Positions 23,202 to 30,835 of a stretch of 32,000 nt of DNA are shown here, piece by piece. The position numbers and the translations under genes were made by a program. This DNA is from Dubosiella newyorkensis (GTDB lineage: Bacteria > Bacillota_I > Bacilli_A > Erysipelotrichales > Erysipelotrichaceae). Below the pieces are notes generated by a model. The model saw nothing but the letters and a program-made list of their open reading frames with translations, did not search any database and was not told where the DNA came from. Location: assembly GCF_001945605.1 (NCBI RefSeq), contig NZ_MPKA01000058.1:30001-62000 (forward strand). Direction: 5' to 3'. Each line of letters starts with the position of its first letter. Positions within the stretch are counted from its first letter, which is position 1.

Positions 23202-25319
23202 CTATTTCTTTTTTAGGAAGCGACGCAACCAACTCGTAAACGTAGGACTGGTTTTTTCAGGAATATAATTTTGATTTTTCGCCCATTCGATCTCCTCTTC
23301 TTGTGAATCGTATCGGCCATTTTCTCCAACATCGATCGTTTTATACGTTCCATCGCTTTGCAACTCTCTTCGCTTGGTATTGTCTTTGAGAAGTCTTTGG
23401 TAATAATCGATCACTTCTTGTTTAAGCGCTGGATCCAAGATCGGAACAGCGACCTCGACTCGACGTTCCGTATTTCTAGACATAAAGTCAGCCGAAGCGA
23501 TATAGACCTTGCATGCGTTGAGCGGACCAAAAATATAGATCCGGGAGTGTTCTAGGAATCGTCCTACGATCGAAAAGATCTTCACGTTTTCCGTATAACC
23601 AGGAACCTGCGGCAAAATACAGCAGATCCCTCGAACGATCAAAATGATCTTTACACCGCTTTGACTCGCCTCAGAGATCTTTTGAATGATATCGATATCT
23701 GTGATGGAATTGATCTTAAACAACGCTTGGGCATCAAGTCCTTGTTTGGCACGTTCGATTTGTTCATCCAATTGTTCCATGACTGTTTTTTTCAAAGAAA
23801 CTGGCGAAACGAGAAGGTTTTCATATTTACCGAAAACATTTGACATGAGCATATTCTGGAAAAAAGCGACCGCGTCTTGTCCAATTTCATTTCTTGCGCT
23901 CATATAACAATAATCGGTATATTGTCTCGCTGTCTTTTCATTATAGTTCCCTGTTCCGATCTGGGTGATCCACCGAGTTTCGCGTTTTGTTTTGTAGGTG
24001 ATCAAGCAGATCTTCGAATGTACTTTATATTGTTCGAAGCCATAGATCACATTGCATCCAGCTTCTTCAAGCCATTCGGCGGCTTTAATGTTGTTGTCTT
24101 CATCAAATCGAGCTCTTAGCTCCATAAGCACAGTGACTTCTTTCCCATTGTCCAAAGCGCGAATCAAATATTCGAGCACTTTGCTTGGCGAAGCCAGACG
24201 GTAGATCGTGATCTTGATCGAGACGACATTGGGATCCACAGCCGCTTCTTTTAGAAGTTTTAAGAAGATCCCGACATCTTGATATGGATAATTGAGCAAA
24301 ATATCGTGATGCAGGATCTGTGGGATCAATGGACGGCTAGGATCGTAGCGCTTTGAGCCCTGCGATTCGAAAGGCGGATAGGTCAAAGTGGAACGGAGTG
24401 CGTCTGGCGCTTTCGCGATCAAAGAAAACACATATTTCAGATCCAATGGGATCTTTGAAAGAAAGACTTGCGACTTGCTGATGTTCAAGTGCTCGCATAA
24501 ATAGTTCAAAGAGCTAGGATGGATATCCCGATAGATCTCTAAACGTAAAGGGGCGAGCCTTGGACGTTTCTTCAATACTTTTTTTACATAGTTGCGATAG
24601 TCCTCATCCTCTGGCGATTCTTCGTTCAACGAGATATCCGCGTTTCGGGTGACTCGAATCGTCGTTTTATTGATCACACTCGATTGGGTAAAGATCCGGT
24701 CGACATTATGATAGATGACTTGTTCTAGGAGCAAAAAATTGTTTTCCATATCCGGGATCGGATAGATGCGTTCCAAATATACTGGGATCGGGATGATGCC
24801 ATATTTTTTGACATCCTTTTCCATCAGTTCGATAAAGATATAAAGCTGTTTATTGTTCAAATGTGGAAATGGATGATGAAAATCCATGATCTGCGGGGAT
24901 AGAAGCGGCAAGATCTCGTCTTCAAAGTATCGGGTAAAATATTTTTTTTGCTTTTTGCTCAATGATTTCCATGAGACATTCGACATTTGCAGATCGAGCA
25001 TCGTTTTATTGAGCTCTTTGTAGATCGTATCGCGCATCGCATATAATTCACGTGTTTGCTCATAGATCGCGGACAATTGTTCTTGAGAATTCATTCCCGT
25101 CCTCTGGTCGATCTTCTTGGGATCGTACAATTCCATATCTTTCAAAGAGCCCACACGCACCATAAAAAACTCATCGAGATTGCTCGTAAAGATCGCTAAA
25201 AATTTCAATCTCTCAAAGATAGGAACGCTAGGATCAGCGGCCTCTTCTAAGACGCGCTGGTTGAATCGAAGCCATGATAATTCTCGATTCTGCATATATG
25301 GATATAGGTGTTCCTGCAT
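23202..25319 (-). CDS. ppk1: polyphosphate kinase 1
   Basis: 705 aa. N-terminal NRELSWL.FN.RVL.EA. Two PLD-like HKD-type motifs (VHSKICLI, RFLEHSRIYIF). Confidence 0.93.
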   Translation of the reverse strand: MQEHLYPYMQNRELSWLRFNQRVLEEAADPSVPIFERLKFLAIFTSNLDEFFMVRVGSLKDMELYDPKKIDQRTGMNSQEQLSAIYEQTRELYAMRDTIYKELNKTMLDLQMSNVSWKSLSKKQKKYFTRYFEDEILPLLSPQIMDFHHPFPHLNNKQLYIFIELMEKDVKKYGIIPIPVYLERIYPIPDMENNFLLLEQVIYHNVDRIFTQSSVINKTTIRVTRNADISLNEESPEDEDYRNYVKKVLKKRPRLAPLRLEIYRDIHPSSLNYLCEHLNISKSQVFLSKIPLDLKYVFSLIAKAPDALRSTLTYPPFESQGSKRYDPSRPLIPQILHHDILLNYPYQDVGIFLKLLKEAAVDPNVVSIKITIYRLASPSKVLEYLIRALDNGKEVTVLMELRARFDEDNNIKAAEWLEEAGCNVIYGFEQYKVHSKICLITYKTKRETRWITQIGTGNYNEKTARQYTDYCYMSARNEIGQDAVAFFQNMLMSNVFGKYENLLVSPVSLKKTVMEQLDEQIERAKQGLDAQALFKINSITDIDIIQKISEASQSGVKIILIVRGICCILPQVPGYTENVKIFSIVGRFLEHSRIYIFGPLNACKVYIASADFMSRNTERRVEVAVPILDPALKQEVIDYYQRLLKDNTKRRELQSDGTYKTIDVGENGRYDSQEEEIEWAKNQNYIPEKTSPTFTSWLRRFLKKK

Positions 25320-25353
25320 AATAACTCACTCCAAATTCATTGATTTCAATCTA

Positions 25354-25362
25354 ATTATAGCA
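25354..25362 (-). promoter_or_regulatory. extended -10 promoter of ppk1 (TGCTATAAT)
   Basis: The minus strand reads TGCTATAAT. GGAG and ATG 25319 follow about 30 nt downstream. Confidence 0.5.
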
Positions 25363-25451
25363 TGCTTCTACAAAAATGCCTTTTGAATGAAACCGACAAT
25401 TTAAACTTATTTGGTTACATTTTATGGAATATGTAATTTATTGTCACACTT

Positions 25452-25482
25452 ACAGACACTGCTTTTTTTGGTCTGTTATAAT
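25452..25482 (+). promoter_or_regulatory. extended -10 promoter of tetR (TGTTATAAT) overlapped by inverted repeat ACAGAC-N13-GTCTGT
   Basis: TG at 25474-25475 and TATAAT at 25477-25482. The IR arms at 25452-25457 and 25471-25476 are a possible TetR operator. Confidence 0.45.
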
Positions 25483-25548
25483 ATAGATATTGCACAGCAC
25501 AGCAAAATTCGTCGTTTTACACTAGCACACTCATAGAAAGGGGTGCCA

Positions 25549-26103
25549 ATGGTTAAAAAGAAAAAATCCAGCCAGTTTCTTAGAAGTTGTATCTTTGAGG
25601 CACTCATGATTTTGCTGCAGCAAAAAAGATATGAAGAGATCACTGTTTCAGAGATTGCTAACAAAGCCGGCGTATCTCGAATGACCTATTATAGGACTTA
25701 CTCTTCTAAAGAAGATATCGTGATCCAGCATTTTAAAGAAAAGCTTCAAGAGATCACAGAGATCGACCCGGCTATCGGAAAGAAACCTCGCATTGAATGG
25801 TATCGAGTTTTGTTAGAATTTGTTTATGAAGATCGCATGCTGATCGAAAAGATCCTTGAAACCCCTGAACTTTCCAAGGCAAGCAATTCCTTCTTGTTTG
25901 AAACGGTCCAAAAGTTTACGCGGAAATACGATCACGCCGATGTCGATGATCCTAAAACGCTTTATGAGCTCACCTATAAAACAGGAAGTTTGACGTCTTT
26001 GATTTCACGATGGGTCCGCAACGGATGCAAAGAATCTGTAGATCAAATCTTAGATTGGATCCGAATCTACGAAAACGATCCTTGTCTAACTATGCATGAT
26101 TAA
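25549..26103 (+). CDS. TetR/AcrR-family transcriptional regulator
   Basis: N-terminal HTH ITVSEIANKAGVSRMTYYRTY. ATG 25549 lies 5 nt after GGGG. Confidence 0.85.
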   Translation: MVKKKKSSQFLRSCIFEALMILLQQKRYEEITVSEIANKAGVSRMTYYRTYSSKEDIVIQHFKEKLQEITEIDPAIGKKPRIEWYRVLLEFVYEDRMLIEKILETPELSKASNSFLFETVQKFTRKYDHADVDDPKTLYELTYKTGSLTSLISRWVRNGCKESVDQILDWIRIYENDPCLTMHD

Positions 26104-26124
26104 GACCGGAAACGGTCTTTTTTT
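26103..26124 (+). terminator. rho-independent terminator of tetR
   Basis: Stem AGACCG, loop gaaa, stem CGGTCT, then T7. Confidence 0.8.
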
Positions 26125-26401
26125 ATCGGTTTCTCCAATATGGCAAATTTCTTAAATAATCAGAATAATATTTTCTCGACTCCTCTTCATCCATCCCTTC
26201 TCTTGGCAGATTCAATACAAGAAAATCAAGCATCTGCTCAAAATCTTGATACACAAAATTCCCATTGTCCAAACACCATTGACAATACCTAGAATCTATT
26301 TCTCCTTCATTCGTTTTAGACATGATCGAATATTCGAGCGGGATTCCACAATACTCGCAATATCGAATTTCTTTGGATTTCAAAAGCGCATCCACACTCA
26401 C
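26123..26401 (-). CDS. zinc-ribbon protein (CxxC...CxxC), probably the C-terminal part of a split XRE-Zn-ribbon regulator
   Basis: It contains YCEYCG and YCQWC. It uses a GTG start in a GTGA overlap with the upstream HTH ORF. Its first residues, (V)SVDALL, look like the last helix of an HTH_3 domain. Confidence 0.6.
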   Translation of the reverse strand: MSVDALLKSKEIRYCEYCGIPLEYSIMSKTNEGEIDSRYCQWCLDNGNFVYQDFEQMLDFLVLNLPREGMDEEESRKYYSDYLRNLPYWRNR

Positions 26402-26565
26402 TCCAAAATATGCGATAAGTTCAACAACAAATCAGGATCCGGTATCGTTTCATCATTTTCCCAGCGAGAGATCGCCTGTCTAGTGATACATAGTTTTTCC
26501 GCTAAGCTATTTTGACTTAATAAAGAAACTTCGCGAAGTGATTTTATCATTGTTCCAGTGCTCAT
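26398..26565 (-). CDS. XRE-family HTH fragment (55 aa; below the ORF-track cutoff)
   Basis: My own translation is MSTGTMIKSLREVSLLSQNSLAEKLCITRQAISRWENDETIPDPDLLLNLSHILE*. It carries the canonical SQ..LA..L.ITRQAIS.WE motif. RBS GAGGA lies 6 nt upstream. Confidence 0.65.
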   Translation of the reverse strand: MSTGTMIKSLREVSLLSQNSLAEKLCITRQAISRWENDETIPDPDLLLNLSHILE

Positions 26566-26603
26566 AGTTTTTCCTCATCCCTATGTTTTCAGTATGCCCA
26601 TAC

Positions 26604-26635
26604 AAAAAAAAAAGAAACAAGCAACTGTTTGTTTC
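26604..26635 (-). terminator. rho-independent terminator ending the recN-to-ygjP operon
   Basis: Minus strand: stem GAAACAA, 8-nt loop, stem TTGTTTC, then T10. Confidence 0.8.
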
Positions 26636-26638
26636 CTC

Positions 26639-27259
26639 TTAGAGCAGCGGAAGATGAAGATTCTTAAACTCTTTCATCCTCTCGTCATAATCATCCAACC
26701 GCAAATATAAACGCTCATAAAATGCCTTTGAATGATTCGCTTCTTCAAGATGCGTCAATTCATGAACATAGATCGCCTCTCTTGCTTTTTTTGAAACGAA
26801 AGCGAGCTTAATATTCAACGCAATGATGTTTTTCATAGGCGTGCAGCTTCCCCACTTCGATCGATAGTGACCAAAACGAAGCTCGACATAAGGAAAACCA
26901 AATTTTTTTCGTGTCTCCTCAAATTCTTGGCGCAGTCTTGGTCGAGCAAAATGCGCTATAAACGAAAGCCAGCTTTGCGGATCATAAAAAAGAGTGTCGT
27001 CCTTGATCCAGCTTTGATCCGCAAAACAGACATGATACGATCGATCGAACAAGAAGACCGTATCTCCTTCTTTAACTTTCGATTCTCTCTTTTCTTGGAT
27101 CCAGGAAGCGTTTGCCTGTAGAAAGGCTTCGATCGTTTTTTCATCGACAAACAACGGAACGCTTAAGAAAAAACGGCCCTCTTTATACGAGAGGACCATT
27201 CTTTTATTCCGCTTGCTGGAAACGATCTTTAGATCAGGACAAATCGGAAATGATTTCAT
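26639..27259 (-). CDS. YgjP-like (DUF45 / M48-type) zinc metallohydrolase
   Basis: HELTHLEEANHS (HExxH...H). N-terminal KIVSSKRNKRMVLSYKEG...LSVP is typical of the family. It overlaps the mrp 3' end by 26 nt. Confidence 0.75.
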   Translation of the reverse strand: MKSFPICPDLKIVSSKRNKRMVLSYKEGRFFLSVPLFVDEKTIEAFLQANASWIQEKRESKVKEGDTVFLFDRSYHVCFADQSWIKDDTLFYDPQSWLSFIAHFARPRLRQEFEETRKKFGFPYVELRFGHYRSKWGSCTPMKNIIALNIKLAFVSKKAREAIYVHELTHLEEANHSKAFYERLYLRLDDYDERMKEFKNLHLPLL

Positions 27260-28073
27260 CAGCCACTTCGTTCATGATCGAAAGCGTATGTTCTTGATTT
27301 TTAAGATCATACGTTTCATATTGATGGACATTGCGAATGAGATCAAGCATCGGAAGTTTCGCGTAGATCTTCGTATGACTCTCTTGTTCGAATTGATCGA
27401 GTTCCTCTTGATCATAGAATTTGATCTGTTCATGACAATATGGACATTCTAAGTAAGCCATATTTTCAATGACCCCTAAAACACGAACATGCATTTCATC
27501 GCACATTTTGATTGCTTTTGTAACGATCATGCTGACCATTGGCTGTGGAGTTGAAACCATCAAAACCGCTTCAACTGGCAACTCCTGCAAAATTGTCAAA
27601 GCGACATCCCCCGTTCCAGGAGGCATATCGATCAATAAGTAATCAAGATCTTCCCACAAAACATCTGTATAAAACTGCTTGACAACATTTCCTACGATCG
27701 GCCCTCTCCAGATGACAGGATCATTTTCATTTTCTAGCATATAGTTGAGGGAAACGATCTTGATCCCATCCACATCGACAGGGATCACTTCATTTTCTCT
27801 TGTCGCATAGGCTTGCTCGTTTTGAGCATCCATCAAGCGAGGAATCGAAGGACCCGTAATATCGGCATCCATGATCCCGACTTTATAGCCCTTCTTCGAA
27901 AGGGCGCGGGCAAGAAGAACGGTGATAGTCGATTTGCCGACGCCCCCCTTTCCTGAAAGTACCGCCACAATGTGTTTGATCTTGTTTTTTGGATTCGGCT
28001 GGACCGAACACATTGAAGCGTCCTTTGAACAATTCCCTTGACTAGGACATCCTTCACATGACATATTATTCAT
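27234..28073 (-). CDS. Mrp/NBP35/ApbC-family Fe-S cluster carrier ATPase
   Basis: Deviant Walker A LSGKGGVGKST, plus the CPYC motif. There is an extra N-terminal Cys cluster CEGCPSQGNCSKDASMC. The start is ATG 28073 or ATG 28064. Confidence 0.85.
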   Translation of the reverse strand: MNNMSCEGCPSQGNCSKDASMCSVQPNPKNKIKHIVAVLSGKGGVGKSTITVLLARALSKKGYKVGIMDADITGPSIPRLMDAQNEQAYATRENEVIPVDVDGIKIVSLNYMLENENDPVIWRGPIVGNVVKQFYTDVLWEDLDYLLIDMPPGTGDVALTILQELPVEAVLMVSTPQPMVSMIVTKAIKMCDEMHVRVLGVIENMAYLECPYCHEQIKFYDQEELDQFEQESHTKIYAKLPMLDLIRNVHQYETYDLKNQEHTLSIMNEVADEIISDLS

Positions 28074-28978
28074 TCTCCTTCCTTGTCTAAGTCTGGAAAA
28101 TAGGAATCATACGCACGACTTAGACGCTCGTTTTGAATATGCGTATAGATTTGTGTCGTTCGAATATCGCTATGCCCTAAAAGCTCCTGAACACTTCTGA
28201 GATCCGCGTTTCCATCTAGAAGATGGCTCGCGAACGAATGCCGGAAACTATGAGCCGAAATACGAGGATCAAAACCGAGCTCGATCACTTTGCGCTTGAT
28301 CATAGAATGAACAAATTGCCTAGTGATCGCTTTCCCTTTCGGATTCACCAATAAGAGTGAGCTATTTGACGTATTCCATATCGAACGGCATTGCTTTAAA
28401 TATAAACCAAGCTGCTCCTTGCAAGCAAGAGCCATCGGAACGATCCTCTCCTTGTCTCCTTTTCCATGCTTGACCAATACGATCCTTTCCTGCAGACGGA
28501 TATCGTTGACCTGCAGCGCACAAAGCTCTGATACACGCAATCCGCAGCTATACAACATAAGAAGAATCGTTTTCTCATAGATCCCCTCCAAATCAGAAGG
28601 AAAAGAATCGAGAAGCATTTTGATCTGCTCCACGCTTAAATAGACCGGCAAATGCTTCGAAGCAGAAAAGCCTTTATAGCTCCGCGTAGGATTTGGCAAA
28701 GAAGCATCCTCCAAAGAAGCTTGTTTATGAAATGAGCGGATCGAACTGAGCGCTCTCGAACAGCTCGCTTTGGCATGATTTCGCTGGTACTGATCAAAAA
28801 ACGCGTCCAGATCCAAGATCGAGATCTCTTCGATCTTCGTCTTTCCTCGCTCTAAAAGAAAAGAAGTATACGCTTGAAGATCGCTCATATACGCTTCGAC
28901 TGTCTTGATCGATTTGTTTTCTACCGCTTTTAAGTAGATTTCAAAGCTTTCTAACGCTTCTTCGATTCTCATATCCAC
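28070..28978 (-). CDS. xerD: tyrosine site-specific recombinase, XerD-like
   Basis: RHSFASHLL...LLGHSDIRTTQIYTH carries the R-H-R-Y catalytic set. The N-terminal SAM-like domain reads YL.....S..T...Y..DL. I cannot separate XerC from XerD by eye. Confidence 0.7.
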   Translation of the reverse strand: MDMRIEEALESFEIYLKAVENKSIKTVEAYMSDLQAYTSFLLERGKTKIEEISILDLDAFFDQYQRNHAKASCSRALSSIRSFHKQASLEDASLPNPTRSYKGFSASKHLPVYLSVEQIKMLLDSFPSDLEGIYEKTILLMLYSCGLRVSELCALQVNDIRLQERIVLVKHGKGDKERIVPMALACKEQLGLYLKQCRSIWNTSNSSLLLVNPKGKAITRQFVHSMIKRKVIELGFDPRISAHSFRHSFASHLLDGNADLRSVQELLGHSDIRTTQIYTHIQNERLSRAYDSYFPDLDKEGE

Positions 28979-29655
28979 ACGCTTTCTTGAACGATCGCCT
29001 TCGTATTTCCCTCTTTGATGAATTCCACAAGCAGCGCTTTGGCTTGATGATCCCGCGAATCAAAAGCGAGCTGCATCCGTTTTAAAGAAAGCGAATGCTT
29101 CATCCCTAAGGACAAGATCTCTTGGATCCGATCCGGACGATGGACCAAATAAAACCGGCCCTTTGATTTCAAAAGACGGCTCGCATGAAAGATCCAGTCT
29201 TCCAGTCCTCCATTAAACTCGAAGCGGCCAAGCGTTCTATGGTTGATCTTCGTATTCGGATGCAGCTCCTTCATTTCAAAAAAAGGAGGATTGCTGATGA
29301 CGACATCCACAAGAGCATGCTCGACTTCTTGTATCGGAGATAGGATCAGCTCTACGGGAGCTTCGATCCAGCGATCCGCATTGATTTGAGCGATCTGTAA
29401 AGGTTGTGCAAGGCGATCCACCCCGATCAAACGCTTCGGCTTGAATTGATCGGCATATACTAAAAGCACGCCATTATTACAGCCAATCTCGAGCACGCTT
29501 TCTCCTTTTTTGATCTGCATGAACTGAGCCAATAGTCGAGTATCTGTATTGAAACGAAAATGCGCCGGGTGCTGATACACAAGAATATTTTTAGAAATGA
29601 AATAATCAAGGGCGAGCTCGACACCATCAACAACTGGCCTTTCATTTGGGTTCAT
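28969..29655 (-). CDS. N6-adenine-type SAM methyltransferase, TrmN6/YfiC-like
   Basis: Motif I VLEIGCNNG and motif IV VISNPPFF. N-terminal FRFNTDTRLLA. Confidence 0.7.
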   Translation of the reverse strand: MNPNERPVVDGVELALDYFISKNILVYQHPAHFRFNTDTRLLAQFMQIKKGESVLEIGCNNGVLLVYADQFKPKRLIGVDRLAQPLQIAQINADRWIEAPVELILSPIQEVEHALVDVVISNPPFFEMKELHPNTKINHRTLGRFEFNGGLEDWIFHASRLLKSKGRFYLVHRPDRIQEILSLGMKHSLSLKRMQLAFDSRDHQAKALLVEFIKEGNTKAIVQESVWI

Positions 29656-30835
29656 CGCTTCTATCCACTCCTTTTTCTTTTCGCTTCAAAAGATCGGAAG
29701 CGCTCATAAATACATGGCCTGGCATCGCTTTATTGAGTTGGATCAATATATCCTGCGTTGTGTTGATCGGCTTTTCAAATATCGTCGGCTGCTCTACGAT
29801 AGCCGATTCATTTTTTAAAGAGCCAACGCTAATGCCAATGTGCCGATAGCCGACCTCCTCGAAATTCTCTTCGACAAGGGCTTGGATCGTTTCATAAATG
29901 AGAGCGAAATCATTTGTGTCTTGTTTTAAGGTGATCGAGCGCATTTGATTGTGAAACTCTGTATCTCGAAGAACAAGCGAGATCAAACGCCCTTTTTGAT
30001 GCTTCCGCTTCATCCGAAGCGAAAGCTCTTGGGCTAACTCACGTGCACGCATTAGCACTTCTTCTTCTGTAAAAAGATCTACGGGATATGTCTTGGAGAG
30101 CGATACGCTTTTATGGCTTGTTGAAAAATTCAGTTTCGCGCTCGATAGACCTCGCGCCTTTTGGATCAAAGAGTATCCATTTTTTCCTAAAAGACGCATG
30201 ATCTTGTTTTCATTTTCAGGATCCGCGATATCTTTGATCAGATGAATTCCATTTTTTTCTAAAAGCGGCACACTTTTTTTTCCGATCCCGATCATTTTAT
30301 CGATCGTAAGCGGCCAAAGCTTGTTTGGGATCTCGGATTTCCGGATCACCGTGATCCCATTGGGCTTTCTCATATCGCTTGCCATCTTGGCTAAAAATCG
30401 ATTGGGGGCGACGCCGATCGAGCAGGTCAGACCCGTTTCTTCTTTGAGTCCTTGTTGAATCTGGACCGCCATATCCAAAGGTCGTTTATATTTTTTGATT
30501 TCTTCGCTCACATCCAAAAAACATTCATCGATCGAAACCGGTTCAAGTTTATCGCTGTAACGACGCAGGTAATTAAAAAACGCATTAGAAAGCGAACGAT
30601 AATACGGATAGTCGCCAGGAATGATGATCAACTCGGGACACTTTTCTTTCGCCATGAAGACAGGCATAGCCGAATGGACTCCATATTCTCTTGCGATATA
30701 ATTGGCTGTCGATAAAACACCTCTCGAAGATAGCGAGCCGATCGCGATCGGTTTTCCTTTATACTCAGGATGCCGGATCTCTTCCGCGCTGGCAAAAAAA
30801 GCGTTCAGATCGATATGAAAAAGCACTTTAGCCAT
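29642..30835 (-). CDS. dinB: DNA polymerase IV (Y-family)
   Basis: Motifs: FHIDLNAFFASAE, SIDECFLDV, IGVAPN.FLAK.ASD..KPNG. Confidence 0.92.
   Translation of the reverse strand: MAKVLFHIDLNAFFASAEEIRHPEYKGKPIAIGSLSSRGVLSTANYIAREYGVHSAMPVFMAKEKCPELIIIPGDYPYYRSLSNAFFNYLRRYSDKLEPVSIDECFLDVSEEIKKYKRPLDMAVQIQQGLKEETGLTCSIGVAPNRFLAKMASDMRKPNGITVIRKSEIPNKLWPLTIDKMIGIGKKSVPLLEKNGIHLIKDIADPENENKIMRLLGKNGYSLIQKARGLSSAKLNFSTSHKSVSLSKTYPVDLFTEEEVLMRARELAQELSLRMKRKHQKGRLISLVLRDTEFHNQMRSITLKQDTNDFALIYETIQALVEENFEEVGYRHIGISVGSLKNESAIVEQPTIFEKPINTTQDILIQLNKAMPGHVFMSASDLLKRKEKGVDRSDEPK

Noticed and set aside
28070-28978. The tyrosine recombinase could be the integrase of an integrated mobile element.
   Set aside because: It overlaps both neighbours within a housekeeping operon and has XerD-like C-terminal motifs. 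There is no adjacent tRNA, direct repeat, excisionase or phage/ICE gene.
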